DNA from: an uncultured Verrucomicrobiae bacterium
Lineage (GTDB): Bacteria; Verrucomicrobiota; Verrucomicrobiia; Limisphaerales; Palsa-1400
Assembly: GCA_963702845.1 (NCBI GenBank)
Contig: OY969763.1
Coordinates: 5,504,001 to 5,568,000, forward strand
Reading direction: 5' to 3'
Length of the DNA: 64,000 nt
This document shows positions 48,059-58,017 of this stretch, one piece after another; position 1 is the stretch's first letter; every line of letters begins with the position of its first letter. The notes under the pieces were generated by a model that was not told the DNA's origin, ran no database searches, and saw only the letters and a program-made list of their open reading frames with translations. Made by a program: the position numbers and the translations under genes.

Positions 48059-50713
48059 ATGCGTACGAATATTCCTTGTCGCTGGTTAGCTTTTGTTTTT
48101 TTGCTTTTGGTGTGTTCGGCAAACGCCCAATTCTTCGCGCCAAAAACCGAATTCCACGACAGGGTTCAACGCCTTTATCCCGTTGAGCTCGTCCGGCTCC
48201 TTTCGTGGCGCGAGAACGCGATCAACGGCTCAACCATTTCTCAAATTAAATACGAAACCGCTGTCAACGGTAGCCGCGAAACTTCCTGGACGATCACCTG
48301 TCTCGATGCCAAAAGCAACGTCGTCAAAACTCTCAAAGTTCACTACCCGGAATCGCTTCTCGAACAAGGCCCCGAATTCTATCGTTCCATCTTTAAACAA
48401 ATCGCCACAGCGGAAAAATGGCCCGCGCCGAAAGCTCTGAGTTCCGAGGATCTGAATTCCGCATTTTGGAAAGGCGCAGAACTCAACGGCATGAATCGTG
48501 AGATCGGTTTGCGCGCCGCATGGAAACTTTCGTCAGACGCCTCTTCAACCAGCGCAGATTATCCTCCGCAAATGGCGGGTTTGCTCTCGCACATCCCGCT
48601 TCCCAGCTTGAGCGGTGCTGTCACGCTTGACGTGAATCTTCTCGCCAGGGCCGCTGCGTGGCTCGCCCTCTCAGAATCGGCAGTGAACAAAGCCACACCG
48701 AATGACGAACTATGGGCACCGATCATCTTTATGGCTGGTCGCGAAAATGCCGCCTGCGCATTGTGGGTCAGCAAAATCAAACAAGTAGACAATGCGGACG
48801 CCCCTTTGATGCATCGCTGGTGGGACTTTTTTTTGCGTCGGCCAAAATCACGCGCCGTCTTTGAGTTTGCAGCCGAAAGCGAGCAGCAGCGCAAATTCTC
48901 CATGCCGATGCTCGTTTATTATTCGCGGATCTACGGTTTGGGCGCCTCCCTGGCGGAAGTGTTGATCCCGCTCTATGGTGAAACCCCGCAACAACTCGGC
49001 CCGCTCTGCAATTACGGTTCTTACTTATCACACGCAATTGGCATCGGCGGCGGCCGCATACTCGAAGGCGCATGGGCTGCGATTTTCCGCGAACATTGGG
49101 TCGACACCTTGCTTAACCAACCGCTCAGCCCCTTGGACTATTCGGCACATCGCGACAAAGCCAAAGCAATCTCCGAAGAATTGAAACAACTGAAGCCCGT
49201 TGAACAAGATTTGAGTCTCGTCGGCTTGCACCAATGCGCTCCCCTGATCCAACTTGGTTATCAGCAAGGTGGCGAAGGCAGCCTCATTCCTGTCGGCATC
49301 GTCACCGCTCGCGACCTACTCAACTACGGCTGGGAAATGAACGGCCTGATGATGGGATCGCGATACAATTTTGTCTCCCACAACTGGGGAATTCCCGAGC
49401 TCGCAACAACCATCTTCAATGAAGGTACTCGTTCGCTGGAAGGCCAGGCACCGTTCTACTACCACAAGTTTCAAAACGACGTCTTCAACCTGCAGGAAAG
49501 CCAATATCGACTGCAAATGGTCGATGACATCTGGTGGCGCGACTACGCCTTTCCCGCACCGTTCACTGTCGAAAACACCAATGCCATCACCGCCGCGCAA
49601 CTCTTCTACAAACGCTGCTGGCTCGCCCCCAATGCCGCGCGCCCCGAGGGATGGGCCCTTGGCTGCAACAAACTTGATGATGAGATGGCTACAGTCTGGC
49701 AGCGCTATCACAAAGATTGCGGCCAAAAATCTGACGCCATAATTCTCGAATCCATTCTCGACTGGTACAAAACCGAAAAGGACCTCGATGCCGCCCCGAA
49801 AATCAAACAACTCAAGACCCAACTCGCCGAAAGCATCGCTGAGCCGTCGCATTTGAAGATCACCGCGCTCTACGCCGAACAATTCCGGAAATTGAACAAC
49901 GGCGAACGCGCACAAGCCTACGAAAAACTCTTTTGGCAAAACCCCAATTCCGGCCTCGAACAAAGCATTCTTAACGGCTATATCGTCGCCGGCGCGTGGA
50001 AATCCGCCGAACGCTTTTATCGCCAGTCGCGCGAGGCAGTCGCCGCCGACGTCAGTTTCTCCAACTTTCTGTCGCCGGAAATTTGGATGCTTGGTTTTCT
50101 TAAAAACGACGAAGACACCATGAAACTCGCGTTCGAAGACAGCAACACCGGCAGCGCTATGGCGATGCTGACACGCATGTGGCATTTCGCCGCTCACAGC
50201 GACTATACGCAACTGGAGCACGAAGTTGACGACTACATTCAACGCTACCAACCGCGAGGAGGGGACGATAGTCAGGGACAAATGATCAAAAATTTCATCC
50301 CGTTGATTCCCGCACTCGCCGATCCTAAAAACCCGAAGCATGGAGAAGCACTCGATTTTTTTGGAAAATCCCGCAACGCCACGAACCTCCGTTGGGTTTT
50401 CATTCAAAAATACAAACTGCCGGTGGACGAAGCCATACGCTTTCTGGGCGGCGAAGAAACCGACCGTCTGCGTCGTGTCATGATTGTCGGCCTTAAACAG
50501 GACAAACCAAACATCCGTACCGCGCTGACCAAATACATCAGCAGCGATGAAAACAAATCCGCCGGCCGCGTCATCAGCAGCTGGCTGGAAGTCCATCTCT
50601 TGGATATTTCCACCGGCATCGACGAAACCGACCTCAAACCAGCCGACGCAAAATCTATCACCCAGGCAGTGATGGACAAACTGGCAAAGACAGCGAAGCA
50701 CAATAAAATCTAA
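48059..50713 (+). CDS. Large secreted hypothetical protein (about 885 aa, largely helical)
   Basis: Signal peptide ending SANA-Q; long ORF with normal codon use; no motif recognised. Confidence 0.8.
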   Translation: MRTNIPCRWLAFVFLLLVCSANAQFFAPKTEFHDRVQRLYPVELVRLLSWRENAINGSTISQIKYETAVNGSRETSWTITCLDAKSNVVKTLKVHYPESLLEQGPEFYRSIFKQIATAEKWPAPKALSSEDLNSAFWKGAELNGMNREIGLRAAWKLSSDASSTSADYPPQMAGLLSHIPLPSLSGAVTLDVNLLARAAAWLALSESAVNKATPNDELWAPIIFMAGRENAACALWVSKIKQVDNADAPLMHRWWDFFLRRPKSRAVFEFAAESEQQRKFSMPMLVYYSRIYGLGASLAEVLIPLYGETPQQLGPLCNYGSYLSHAIGIGGGRILEGAWAAIFREHWVDTLLNQPLSPLDYSAHRDKAKAISEELKQLKPVEQDLSLVGLHQCAPLIQLGYQQGGEGSLIPVGIVTARDLLNYGWEMNGLMMGSRYNFVSHNWGIPELATTIFNEGTRSLEGQAPFYYHKFQNDVFNLQESQYRLQMVDDIWWRDYAFPAPFTVENTNAITAAQLFYKRCWLAPNAARPEGWALGCNKLDDEMATVWQRYHKDCGQKSDAIILESILDWYKTEKDLDAAPKIKQLKTQLAESIAEPSHLKITALYAEQFRKLNNGERAQAYEKLFWQNPNSGLEQSILNGYIVAGAWKSAERFYRQSREAVAADVSFSNFLSPEIWMLGFLKNDEDTMKLAFEDSNTGSAMAMLTRMWHFAAHSDYTQLEHEVDDYIQRYQPRGGDDSQGQMIKNFIPLIPALADPKNPKHGEALDFFGKSRNATNLRWVFIQKYKLPVDEAIRFLGGEETDRLRRVMIVGLKQDKPNIRTALTKYISSDENKSAGRVISSWLEVHLLDISTGIDETDLKPADAKSITQAVMDKLAKTAKHNKI

Positions 50714-50806
50714 GATCGTTGTTCGCCGCCCAGCAATTTGTACCGTCCATTTATTCGCGAGAGTCCGTCTTGGTCCGTGTTCTACGTTTCTGTAACACGA
50801 CACCTC

Positions 50807-50835
50807 TTGACAAGCCGTAGCTTCATATCTACAAT
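50807..50835 (+). promoter_or_regulatory. sigma70-type promoter sharing its spacer with the 20196-20223 promoter
   Basis: TTGACA-AGCCGTAGCTTCATATC-TACAAT (17 bp spacer). Confidence 0.7.
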
Positions 50836-51026
50836 CGTTAACGCGGCACCATCCATGCTGCTGTTATGGTGGTTTCCCTCCGCAAGTGAAAGCTCCGCGT
50901 GCTATCCAATGTGACCCGTGCGCTAAACAGCCTCAGCAATCTTTGTGCCTTTGTGTCTTGGTGGTTCAATTTAGCGCAGAAAAAGTGCTGTTTCTTTCCC
51001 TGGTTTCCCTCCTTTCCCTACAGTTT

Positions 51027-51054
51027 TTGACGCGTAGCTACTTTATGGCACAAT
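51027..51054 (+). promoter_or_regulatory. Possible second promoter containing palindrome GTAGCTAC
   Basis: TTGACG-16 bp-CACAAT; spacer begins CGTAGCTAC. Confidence 0.4.
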
Positions 51055-51189
51055 CGGTCGTGTTATGCGAACGATACAACATAAAGAAGACAATCAGCCG
51101 TTAGCCAAAAGCCTCTCTCCACAAAGCCCGGCTCATCCGACTCCTTGCCTGCCGTTCGCAATCTTCCCTCGCTGCGAAGTCTCTCATTT

Positions 51190-51600
51190 TGTCATCACTC
51201 AGTCTCAGGACGTCATCACACGTCCTCGTTTGTCATCACTTGTCACGAGTTGTCATCACATTTGCCCAATAAAAAAATTTTCCCATAACCACCCTATGAA
51301 CACCCAAACAATTGTCACCAAGCCCATTACAACCGCCGCACCACTCCGCAACCCATCGCCAAATCAACCTCCGAAAACCAACAAACCAATTAAGCGCATG
51401 TCGCCTTCTGTCACCTTCTGTCGGCTTCTGCCGCCTTCTGACACCAAAAAAAGGATTCTTTTTTTATTATGAACATCAACGACGCCTGTTTTTCTCCCTC
51501 ATCACAAACGGCCGTTTCAGCCCACAGTCCAAGGCCGTCTTTGGCACGAATTGGCACCCTTTGGCCCTATTCGGCCGCACTTTTTCGCAGAAATTTTTTC
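51190..51600. repeat. Three different 10-bp-period tandem arrays, each followed by an A/T tract
   Basis: GTCATCAC every 20-21 bp with GTC 10-mers between (51190-51260); TGTCGCCTTC-type x4-5 (51399-51445); TTGGCACGAA-type x4 (51541-51580). Confidence 0.85.
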
Positions 51601-51739
51601 TCACGCATTCCTTTTTCAACGCGTTTTACAGCCGTCGTCGGAGCATTTCCAGCCCACCGGAAATGCGTCGAACTACGCCGCACGTCGTGGCTTTTTGCTT
51701 CGCTTTTGAGAGCGGCTGAACGCACACTGGGCGCTCGCA

Positions 51740-53053
51740 ATGAAGATCAGTATTTTCGGTCTGGGCTATGTCGGCGCCGTTATCACCGGCTGTTTTGCCA
51801 AGGCTGGACACACCGTTATCGGCGTGGATACGGACCAACATAAGGTCGACCTGATTAATCAAGGGCAACCTCCTATCATCGAGCAGGACCTTGAAGGACT
51901 GCTTCAATCCGGGGTCAAAGCAGGCTTGATTCGCGCCACGACGGATCATTCCCAAGCGATTATTGATTCTGAGATTTCCATGATTTGTGTCGGCACACCA
52001 TCGAAGCCAAATGGCGAGCTGGATTTGCGTTTCGTCGCGCGCGTCTGTGAAAACATCGGGGCTGTCCTCCAGTCAAAGAAGGAACGGCACCTCGTGGTGG
52101 TGCGCTCGACGATGTTGCCGGGCTCCATCAAGAACACGGTGCAGCCGACTTTGGAACGCGCTTCGGGGAAGAAGGCTGGTGTGGATTTTGGATTGGCGAT
52201 CAATCCGGAGTTTTTGCGCGAATCGACGGCCGTGCATGATTTTTATCATCCGCCCAAAACAGTGATCGGTTCAACGAACCGCGCGGACGGCGAGTTGGTG
52301 GGGAAGGTTTATGAAGGGTTACCGGCGCCAATGATCCAGACGTCGCTCGAAGTCGCGGAGATGGTCAAGTATGTGGACAATGTTTTTCACGCGTTGAAGA
52401 TCACGTTTGCGAATGAGGTGGGATTGATTTGCAAATCGCTCGGGGTGAACGGGCATGAGGTGATGGATATTTTCTGCCACGATAAGAAGTTGAATTTGTC
52501 GCCGGCATATCTGAAACCGGGGTTCGCATTTGGCGGTTCGTGTTTGCCAAAGGATTTGCGCGCGCTAACGCGCTTGGCGCAGACGCATGATGTTTCGGTG
52601 CCGTTGTTGCATTCGATTTCGCTGAGCAACGAGCATCAGATCAAGCACGCGATCGAGTTGATCCGGCACAAAGGGAAGAGGAAGATCGGGATTCTCGGGT
52701 TCGCGTTCAAGGCAGGCACGGATGATTTGCGTGAGTCGCCGGTGGTGACATTAGCGGAGGCGCTATTGGGGAAGGGTTTTGATATCAAGCTGTATGACAG
52801 CCACGTGTCTCTGGCGAAGTTGATCGGGATGAACCGCAAATATATCGAGGAACATATCCCGCATATTTCGCGGTTGATGGTCAATTCCGTGGAGGAGATT
52901 TTAGCCCATGCAGAGTTGATCTTGATCGGGAATCAGGATGAGCGTTTTTATTCAGCGCTTGCGAATATGCGCTCGGATCAGATCGCGATTGATTTGACGG
53001 CGAAAGCGGGGAGGCCCGAGACACCGGGTGATTACGAGAAGATTAGCGGCTAG
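51740..53053 (+). CDS. GDP-mannose 6-dehydrogenase-like nucleotide-sugar dehydrogenase (AlgD type)
   Basis: ISIFGLGYVG, CVGTPS, NPEFLREST, KLNLS..YLKPGFAFGGSCLPKD, FKAGTDDLRESP. Confidence 0.92.
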   Translation: MKISIFGLGYVGAVITGCFAKAGHTVIGVDTDQHKVDLINQGQPPIIEQDLEGLLQSGVKAGLIRATTDHSQAIIDSEISMICVGTPSKPNGELDLRFVARVCENIGAVLQSKKERHLVVVRSTMLPGSIKNTVQPTLERASGKKAGVDFGLAINPEFLRESTAVHDFYHPPKTVIGSTNRADGELVGKVYEGLPAPMIQTSLEVAEMVKYVDNVFHALKITFANEVGLICKSLGVNGHEVMDIFCHDKKLNLSPAYLKPGFAFGGSCLPKDLRALTRLAQTHDVSVPLLHSISLSNEHQIKHAIELIRHKGKRKIGILGFAFKAGTDDLRESPVVTLAEALLGKGFDIKLYDSHVSLAKLIGMNRKYIEEHIPHISRLMVNSVEEILAHAELILIGNQDERFYSALANMRSDQIAIDLTAKAGRPETPGDYEKISG

Positions 53054-53072
53054 CCGGGGCGAAGGATGAAGG

Positions 53073-53104
53073 AAAACAAAAAGGCCCGGATTGCTCCGAG
53101 CCTT
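53073..53104 (-). terminator. Intrinsic terminator after trxA (between convergent genes)
   Basis: Minus strand AAGGCTCGGA-GCAA-TCCGGGCCTTTTTGTTTT. Confidence 0.8.
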
Positions 53105-53126
53105 CTGTGAAAAACTTCTTGAATCT

Positions 53127-53459
53127 TTACGCGGCGACGGCTTTGTCTAAGCTCGTCTTCAAATCCTTCTTCGAGCGCATGCCGACGATTTGTTCGGTGA
53201 CCTGGCCGCCTTTGAAGAGGAGCAGGGTCGGGATCGCGCGGACGTTGTATTGGGACGCGAGCATCTGGTCGTTGTCGATATTGACTTTGCCGATGCGGAC
53301 TTTGCCGTCGTATTCGGCGGCGAGTTCGTCAAGCAAGGGAGCGATCATTTTGCAAGGACCGCACCATTCCGCCCAGAAATCAACGAGAACGGGCGTGGCG
53401 GATGAAAGGACTTCTTTTTGAAAATTGTCCTGCGTGAGCGTGGAAATATTCGGAGCCAT
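53127..53459 (-). CDS. trxA: Thioredoxin
   Basis: [28 protein letters not shown]. Confidence 0.97.
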   Translation of the reverse strand: MAPNISTLTQDNFQKEVLSSATPVLVDFWAEWCGPCKMIAPLLDELAAEYDGKVRIGKVNIDNDQMLASQYNVRAIPTLLLFKGGQVTEQIVGMRSKKDLKTSLDKAVAA

Positions 53460-53479
53460 AAATTGTAGCCAAAACCCGG

Positions 53480-53938
53480 TTACGGAGCTGGTTGATAAAC
53501 CATGAACGCTAAATAGAGCACGCCGCAGAGACCGACGAGCGCGCAAACGGCGGCGCCAATAGCCAAGCCTTTGTCGAGGCCACTGACGGTCGCAACTCCG
53601 GGAGCAGCCATCGGACGAGGCGCGGCAGCGGGTGCTGCAGCGGCCGGGCGCGGAGCTGTTGACGATCCAGGGGGAGCAGAGCGTAAAGTGGTTCCGGAAG
53701 ACGGCGGCGTCGGCGCTTTGGGAGCGGTGCTCGGAGCACCAGCAACCGGGGCTGCACTGGCAGCGCTGCTGGGCGGCGGCGCGCCGGCTGGGAGCGTCGG
53801 CAATTTGATGGTCGGGGCCGATGTCGGCTTAGGCGGCAAATTGATGCGGACAGTTTCTTTTTTGGGCTGAATCTTGGCGGCTTCAGCCGGTTTCGGCGGT
53901 AGTGCGCCGCCGGGAACGTTAGGAGTGATATCGGCCAT
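53480..53938 (-). CDS. Pro/Ala-rich protein with C-terminal membrane anchor
   Basis: [12 protein letters not shown] motif, disordered linker, C-terminal TM. Confidence 0.75.
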   Translation of the reverse strand: MADITPNVPGGALPPKPAEAAKIQPKKETVRINLPPKPTSAPTIKLPTLPAGAPPPSSAASAAPVAGAPSTAPKAPTPPSSGTTLRSAPPGSSTAPRPAAAAPAAAPRPMAAPGVATVSGLDKGLAIGAAVCALVGLCGVLYLAFMVYQPAP

Positions 53939-54052
53939 AACAGGTCTATTCTGGATTAAAACTAGGTGGCGTGCGGGGTGGTGTCAAACTCTAATCAGTT
54001 AAGGGAAGCTGGTTTAGCAACGGATGACACTCATTTCGATCAGGGATTTGGG

Positions 54053-55783
54053 TTAGTGACTGAACTCGGACTCGTGGATGTATTCTTGTTTTAGGCCGAG
54101 TTTTTCGGGCGCGTGCAGAACGAGCATTTTCATGCGGATATCTTTAGGCACGTCGGCCGAAGTGAGTTTTGAAATGAGGATCATGAGAAAGATCGCGAGG
54201 GGCAAGGCCCAGATGGCGGGTTGTTCTGCCAGAATGCGGAGCAATGGATGGACGGCGTAGTATTCGGAGAGTGGTTTGGCCCAGGCGGCCTGGTCGGCGA
54301 GCATGGTGCTGACGACGGTGGAGAGACTGAGGAGGCCGCCACATAACATTCCTGTGGCCGCGCCTTTCATGGTGATGCCGCGCCACCAAGTGCTCAGGAA
54401 CAGGAGCGGGAAGTAACTGGTCGCGGCGATAGCGAAGGCCCAGCCAACCATTTTGTTGATCTCAAATGTTTCGACGAGCAGTCCGAGCAGCACTGCGCCA
54501 ACGCCGCAAATGATCGCGCAGACTTTGAACATGCGCATGCGTTGTTGTGGTGTGGAATTGGGTTTCAGAATTCGGCCGTAAACATCATGCGCGAGCGCAC
54601 CGGTCATCGAAACCAGCAAACCGCTGAAAGTGCTCATGAAGGCAGCGAACGCGCCTGCGCAGGTGATGCCGCTGAGGATGGAGCCGAGCGGCGGCCATTT
54701 GTCGTTCAGCAATTTTGGCAATTTCAGGACGATGCCATCAGTGCCTTTGACGCCCGCAACGCCATTGTATAGATCGGGCATAAGGTTTCGGCCGAGGACG
54801 CCGAAGACGGGCGGGAACAGATAGAACACGCCGATGAGAATCATGACCCACATGGTGGTGCGTTTTGCCGCGACACCGTCGGGGTTGGTGTAAAAGCGAA
54901 CAAGTATGTGCGGCAGGCCGGCAGTGCCGCAGACGAGGGCGATGATGAGAGAGTAGGTGTAGATCAATGAAAACAATTTTGTCTGGTCCGGTGGCAGGTG
55001 GGCAGCTTTGGCGGCTTTCGTTGTGAGTGGGCCGAAAGGTGAAATCCAAGCTTCGTCTTTGGGAGCTTTTTCGGGCAACGGGCGAACGACGTGATCTGGG
55101 GTTTGAATTGTATTTGCCGTTGATACAACCCCGTAGCTGGTCTGGTTTGCTTGAAGATGTGCGGCGTAGTTACCGTAGACGCTCATCAAAATGAAGATCG
55201 GCACGGAGATGGCGAACATTTTGGCCCAATACTGAAAAGCTTGGACGAGGGTGATGCCTTTCATGCCGCCAAGGGCGACATTGAAGGTGATCACGACACC
55301 GACCAATGCAACGCCGGCCCAGTAAGGTAGGCCGGGGAAGATGTAGGCCAGGGCGACGCCGGCGCCTTTCATTTGCGGCATGGTGTAGAAGAAGCCGATG
55401 AAGAGGACGAAGATAACGGCGATTTTGCGAAAGATCGGGGAGTCGAAACGGCCTTCGGCGAAATCGGGAATGGTGTAAGCACCGAATCGACGGAGCGGGC
55501 CGGCGATGAACAGGAGCAGGAATAAATATCCGCACGCGTAACAAACCGGATACCAAAGTGCGTCGTAACCGGAACTCATCACCATTCCGGCAATGCCCAT
55601 GAAGGATGCGGCGCTTAAGTACTCGCCTGAAATTGCGCTCGCGTTCCAACCGACGCTGACGCTGCGGCCGGCGACGAAAAAGTCTGATGCCGTTTTTGAT
55701 TTTCGTGCGGACCAGAAACCCATCGCGAGGGTCGCGCCGACCATTATCGCGGCGAAGGTGAGGACGTAGGGGTCGATGTTCAT
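54053..55783 (-). CDS. actP: Cation/acetate symporter (SSS family, ActP-like)
   Basis: DFFVAGR, NASAISGEYLSAASF.G, GTAGLPHILVRFYTNP, GAFAAF.ST.SGL; paired with DUF485. Confidence 0.88.
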   Translation of the reverse strand: MNIDPYVLTFAAIMVGATLAMGFWSARKSKTASDFFVAGRSVSVGWNASAISGEYLSAASFMGIAGMVMSSGYDALWYPVCYACGYLFLLLFIAGPLRRFGAYTIPDFAEGRFDSPIFRKIAVIFVLFIGFFYTMPQMKGAGVALAYIFPGLPYWAGVALVGVVITFNVALGGMKGITLVQAFQYWAKMFAISVPIFILMSVYGNYAAHLQANQTSYGVVSTANTIQTPDHVVRPLPEKAPKDEAWISPFGPLTTKAAKAAHLPPDQTKLFSLIYTYSLIIALVCGTAGLPHILVRFYTNPDGVAAKRTTMWVMILIGVFYLFPPVFGVLGRNLMPDLYNGVAGVKGTDGIVLKLPKLLNDKWPPLGSILSGITCAGAFAAFMSTFSGLLVSMTGALAHDVYGRILKPNSTPQQRMRMFKVCAIICGVGAVLLGLLVETFEINKMVGWAFAIAATSYFPLLFLSTWWRGITMKGAATGMLCGGLLSLSTVVSTMLADQAAWAKPLSEYYAVHPLLRILAEQPAIWALPLAIFLMILISKLTSADVPKDIRMKMLVLHAPEKLGLKQEYIHESEFSH

Positions 55784-55796
55784 GCGGAAGAAGTAT

Positions 55797-56132
55797 TCAG
55801 TTTTCAGTATTCAGTGGTACGGCGGCAGGACTGTGTGCGGGTGTGCTGATGACTGATTTCACTTCGTCTTCCTCTAATGCGATGGAGCGTTTGATGAAGT
55901 AGAAGGAAATGAACCAAACGAATGGGAAAAAGAGGACGCCCAGGACGAACCATGTCAGGGTGAAACCGAAGACGCGCGTGGACATTAATTCAGGAGCGAA
56001 GTAGTTGGCTAGTGGCAACCCGAGGAGCACGATCATGAAGGTGGCGGCGCAACCGATAGAGAGTTTTAGCTGCCGTCGCATCAGGGCGTGAAGAAAGCTC
56101 TTGCTGTGAGGGTCGAATTTCTGGGGCTGCAT
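55797..56132 (-). CDS. DUF485 (YjcH-like) small membrane protein
   Basis: LMRRQL, two TMs, P.LM..RVFG; directly upstream of actP. Confidence 0.85.
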   Translation of the reverse strand: MQPQKFDPHSKSFLHALMRRQLKLSIGCAATFMIVLLGLPLANYFAPELMSTRVFGFTLTWFVLGVLFFPFVWFISFYFIKRSIALEEDEVKSVISTPAHSPAAVPLNTEN

Positions 56133-56208
56133 CTGTTGGGTTTAACAGAAGAGTGGAGAAGCGGCAATCAATCTAACAAAATCGATTTACGAAATTCAAA
56201 AATTGGCA

Positions 56209-56273
56209 CGGTAGGAGCCTCGCCCTACCGAGAAATTCGAATTCAGTTAGAGCCTCCTTACGTCGGCGTCTAC
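56209..56273. repeat. REP-like elements; one overlaps the ATPase stop codon
   Basis: CGGTAGG..CCTACCG hairpin and AGAGCCTCCTTACGTCGGCGTCTAC (same family as 33480). Confidence 0.7.
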
Positions 56274-58012
56274 GAAGACGCTTGTGTGAGCAGGAGCGTT
56301 TGTTCGAGGGTGGAGGCGCCATCGCGGACTTTTTCCAAAGCAATTTGACGCAGGGTCTTCATGCCTTCGGCGACGGCGGTCTTCGTGATTTCCTGGGCGC
56401 TGACGCGTTGGAGAATCAAGCGACGAATAACGTCGGTGACGGTCATGGCTTCGATGATGGCCAGACGTCCAGTGTAGCCGGTGTTCTTGCAGCGTTCGCA
56501 ACCGCGGCCACGGAAAATTGTATTCTCCTTGAAGAAGTCGTGCTCGATTCTCAAGTCGTCGAACATTTTGGTCGGATAAACAACCGGTTCTTTACACGCA
56601 GGGCAGATGCGGCGCATCAAGCGTTGCGCGCAGGCGAGAATGACAGACGAGGAAATCAGGAATGGAGGAATCTCCATGTCGTCGAGACGCGAGACGGCGC
56701 CGGCGGCGTCGTTACAGTGCATCGTGCTCAAGACCTGGTGACCGGTGAGCGCGGATTCAACGGCGATTTCAGCCGTTTCGGTATCGCGAATTTCACCGAT
56801 CATGATGATGTCGGGGTCTTGACGCAAAATAGAGCGCAAGCAGTTTGCAAACGTCAGGCCGATTTCCTTTTTGACTGGCACCTGGTTGATGCCGGGGATC
56901 TGGAATTCGACGGGATCTTCGACGGTGATGATGTTGAACTCGGGATTGTTAAGTTCGTTCAAACACGAATAAAGCGTGGTCGTTTTTCCGGAGCCGGTTG
57001 GTCCAGTCACGAGCAGGAGTCCGTGTGGGGCATCGACGGCGGCGCGGAAACGAGTATACGTTTCAATATCCAGCCCAAGTTTCTCCATGCTTGCAGACAA
57101 ATTACCTTTGTCCAACACACGCATAACGCACTTCTCGCCATGCACAGTGGGCAGGAACGAAACGCGCATGTCGATGTCGCGACCGCCAACGCGGACGCGT
57201 AGACGACCGTCTTGCGGCAAGCGGCGTTCGGCAATGTCCAAACTGCTCATAACCTTCAAACGCGAGGCGAGCGCGACCTGCAGCGCTTTCGGTGGCGGCG
57301 GCATGTCGATAAGCGAACCATCGATACGGTAACGCAAGCGCACCATGTTTTCGAAGGGCTCAATGTGAATATCGCTGGCGCGGTCGCGAATGGCCTGGAC
57401 GATGACCAGGTTGGCAAGTTTGATGACCGGCGCGTCTTCAGTAGACGCGGCGAGTTGCGCGAGATCGACGATTTCAATCTGCTGCTGCGCAACTTGCAGA
57501 TCATCCGCTTCAGCTTCGGCTTCGGCCTGCTTCTGCGCGTCGTTGATGATCTCCTCCATGCTGTTGCGGCCGGGAGATTCGAGGTTGTTAAGCTTGTCGA
57601 CGATTGCCTTTTCAGAGGAAATCAGCGGCGACACTTCCATGCGCGTAATCCGCTTAATGTCGTCAACGGCCAAGACGTTGAGCGGGTCGGCCATCGCAAG
57701 GAAGAGCTTGCTGCCAAGGCGCGAGATCGCAATCACCTTGTGAGTCAGCGCCGTGTCCCTGGGAATGAGTTCGGAAACATCGGAAGCGATGGCAGCACGC
57801 GGCAAATTAATTGGCGGAACATTGAGCACGCGGCCCATGGCCACGACCAGGTCCGCTTCAGCCACGAGCGCGCCGTCCTGAATCAGTTTCATCAGGCGGG
57901 TGCCGTCTTTCTTTTGGCGCTCGAGCAAGCCTGTGACCTGCTCGTTCGTCAACAGCCCGTCTTGGACGAGGGTATCGGCGATGCGTTCTCCAAATGATTT
58001 GACGGGTGGCAT
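56270..58012 (-). CDS. PilB/GspE-family secretion or pilus assembly ATPase
   Basis: ASDIHIEP, AERRLPQDGR, GPTGSGKTTT, EDPVE, LRQDPDIIMIGEIRD, CPAC/CERC; degenerate MshEN-like N-terminus. Confidence 0.95.
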   Translation of the reverse strand: MPPVKSFGERIADTLVQDGLLTNEQVTGLLERQKKDGTRLMKLIQDGALVAEADLVVAMGRVLNVPPINLPRAAIASDVSELIPRDTALTHKVIAISRLGSKLFLAMADPLNVLAVDDIKRITRMEVSPLISSEKAIVDKLNNLESPGRNSMEEIINDAQKQAEAEAEADDLQVAQQQIEIVDLAQLAASTEDAPVIKLANLVIVQAIRDRASDIHIEPFENMVRLRYRIDGSLIDMPPPPKALQVALASRLKVMSSLDIAERRLPQDGRLRVRVGGRDIDMRVSFLPTVHGEKCVMRVLDKGNLSASMEKLGLDIETYTRFRAAVDAPHGLLLVTGPTGSGKTTTLYSCLNELNNPEFNIITVEDPVEFQIPGINQVPVKKEIGLTFANCLRSILRQDPDIIMIGEIRDTETAEIAVESALTGHQVLSTMHCNDAAGAVSRLDDMEIPPFLISSSVILACAQRLMRRICPACKEPVVYPTKMFDDLRIEHDFFKENTIFRGRGCERCKNTGYTGRLAIIEAMTVTDVIRRLILQRVSAQEITKTAVAEGMKTLRQIALEKVRDGASTLEQTLLLTQASS

Positions 58013-58017
58013 GGTGA

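Noticed and set aside
50855..50914. Short ORF MLLLWWFPSASESSACYPM as a Trp-sensing leader
   Set aside because: Not upstream of a trp gene; no SD or attenuator hairpin evident
51065..51843. ORFs 51065-51472, 51312-51719 and 51469-51843 as proteins
   Set aside because: They read through 10-bp repeats and homopolymer tracts, have atypical composition and overlap each other; not called, though translation is not excluded
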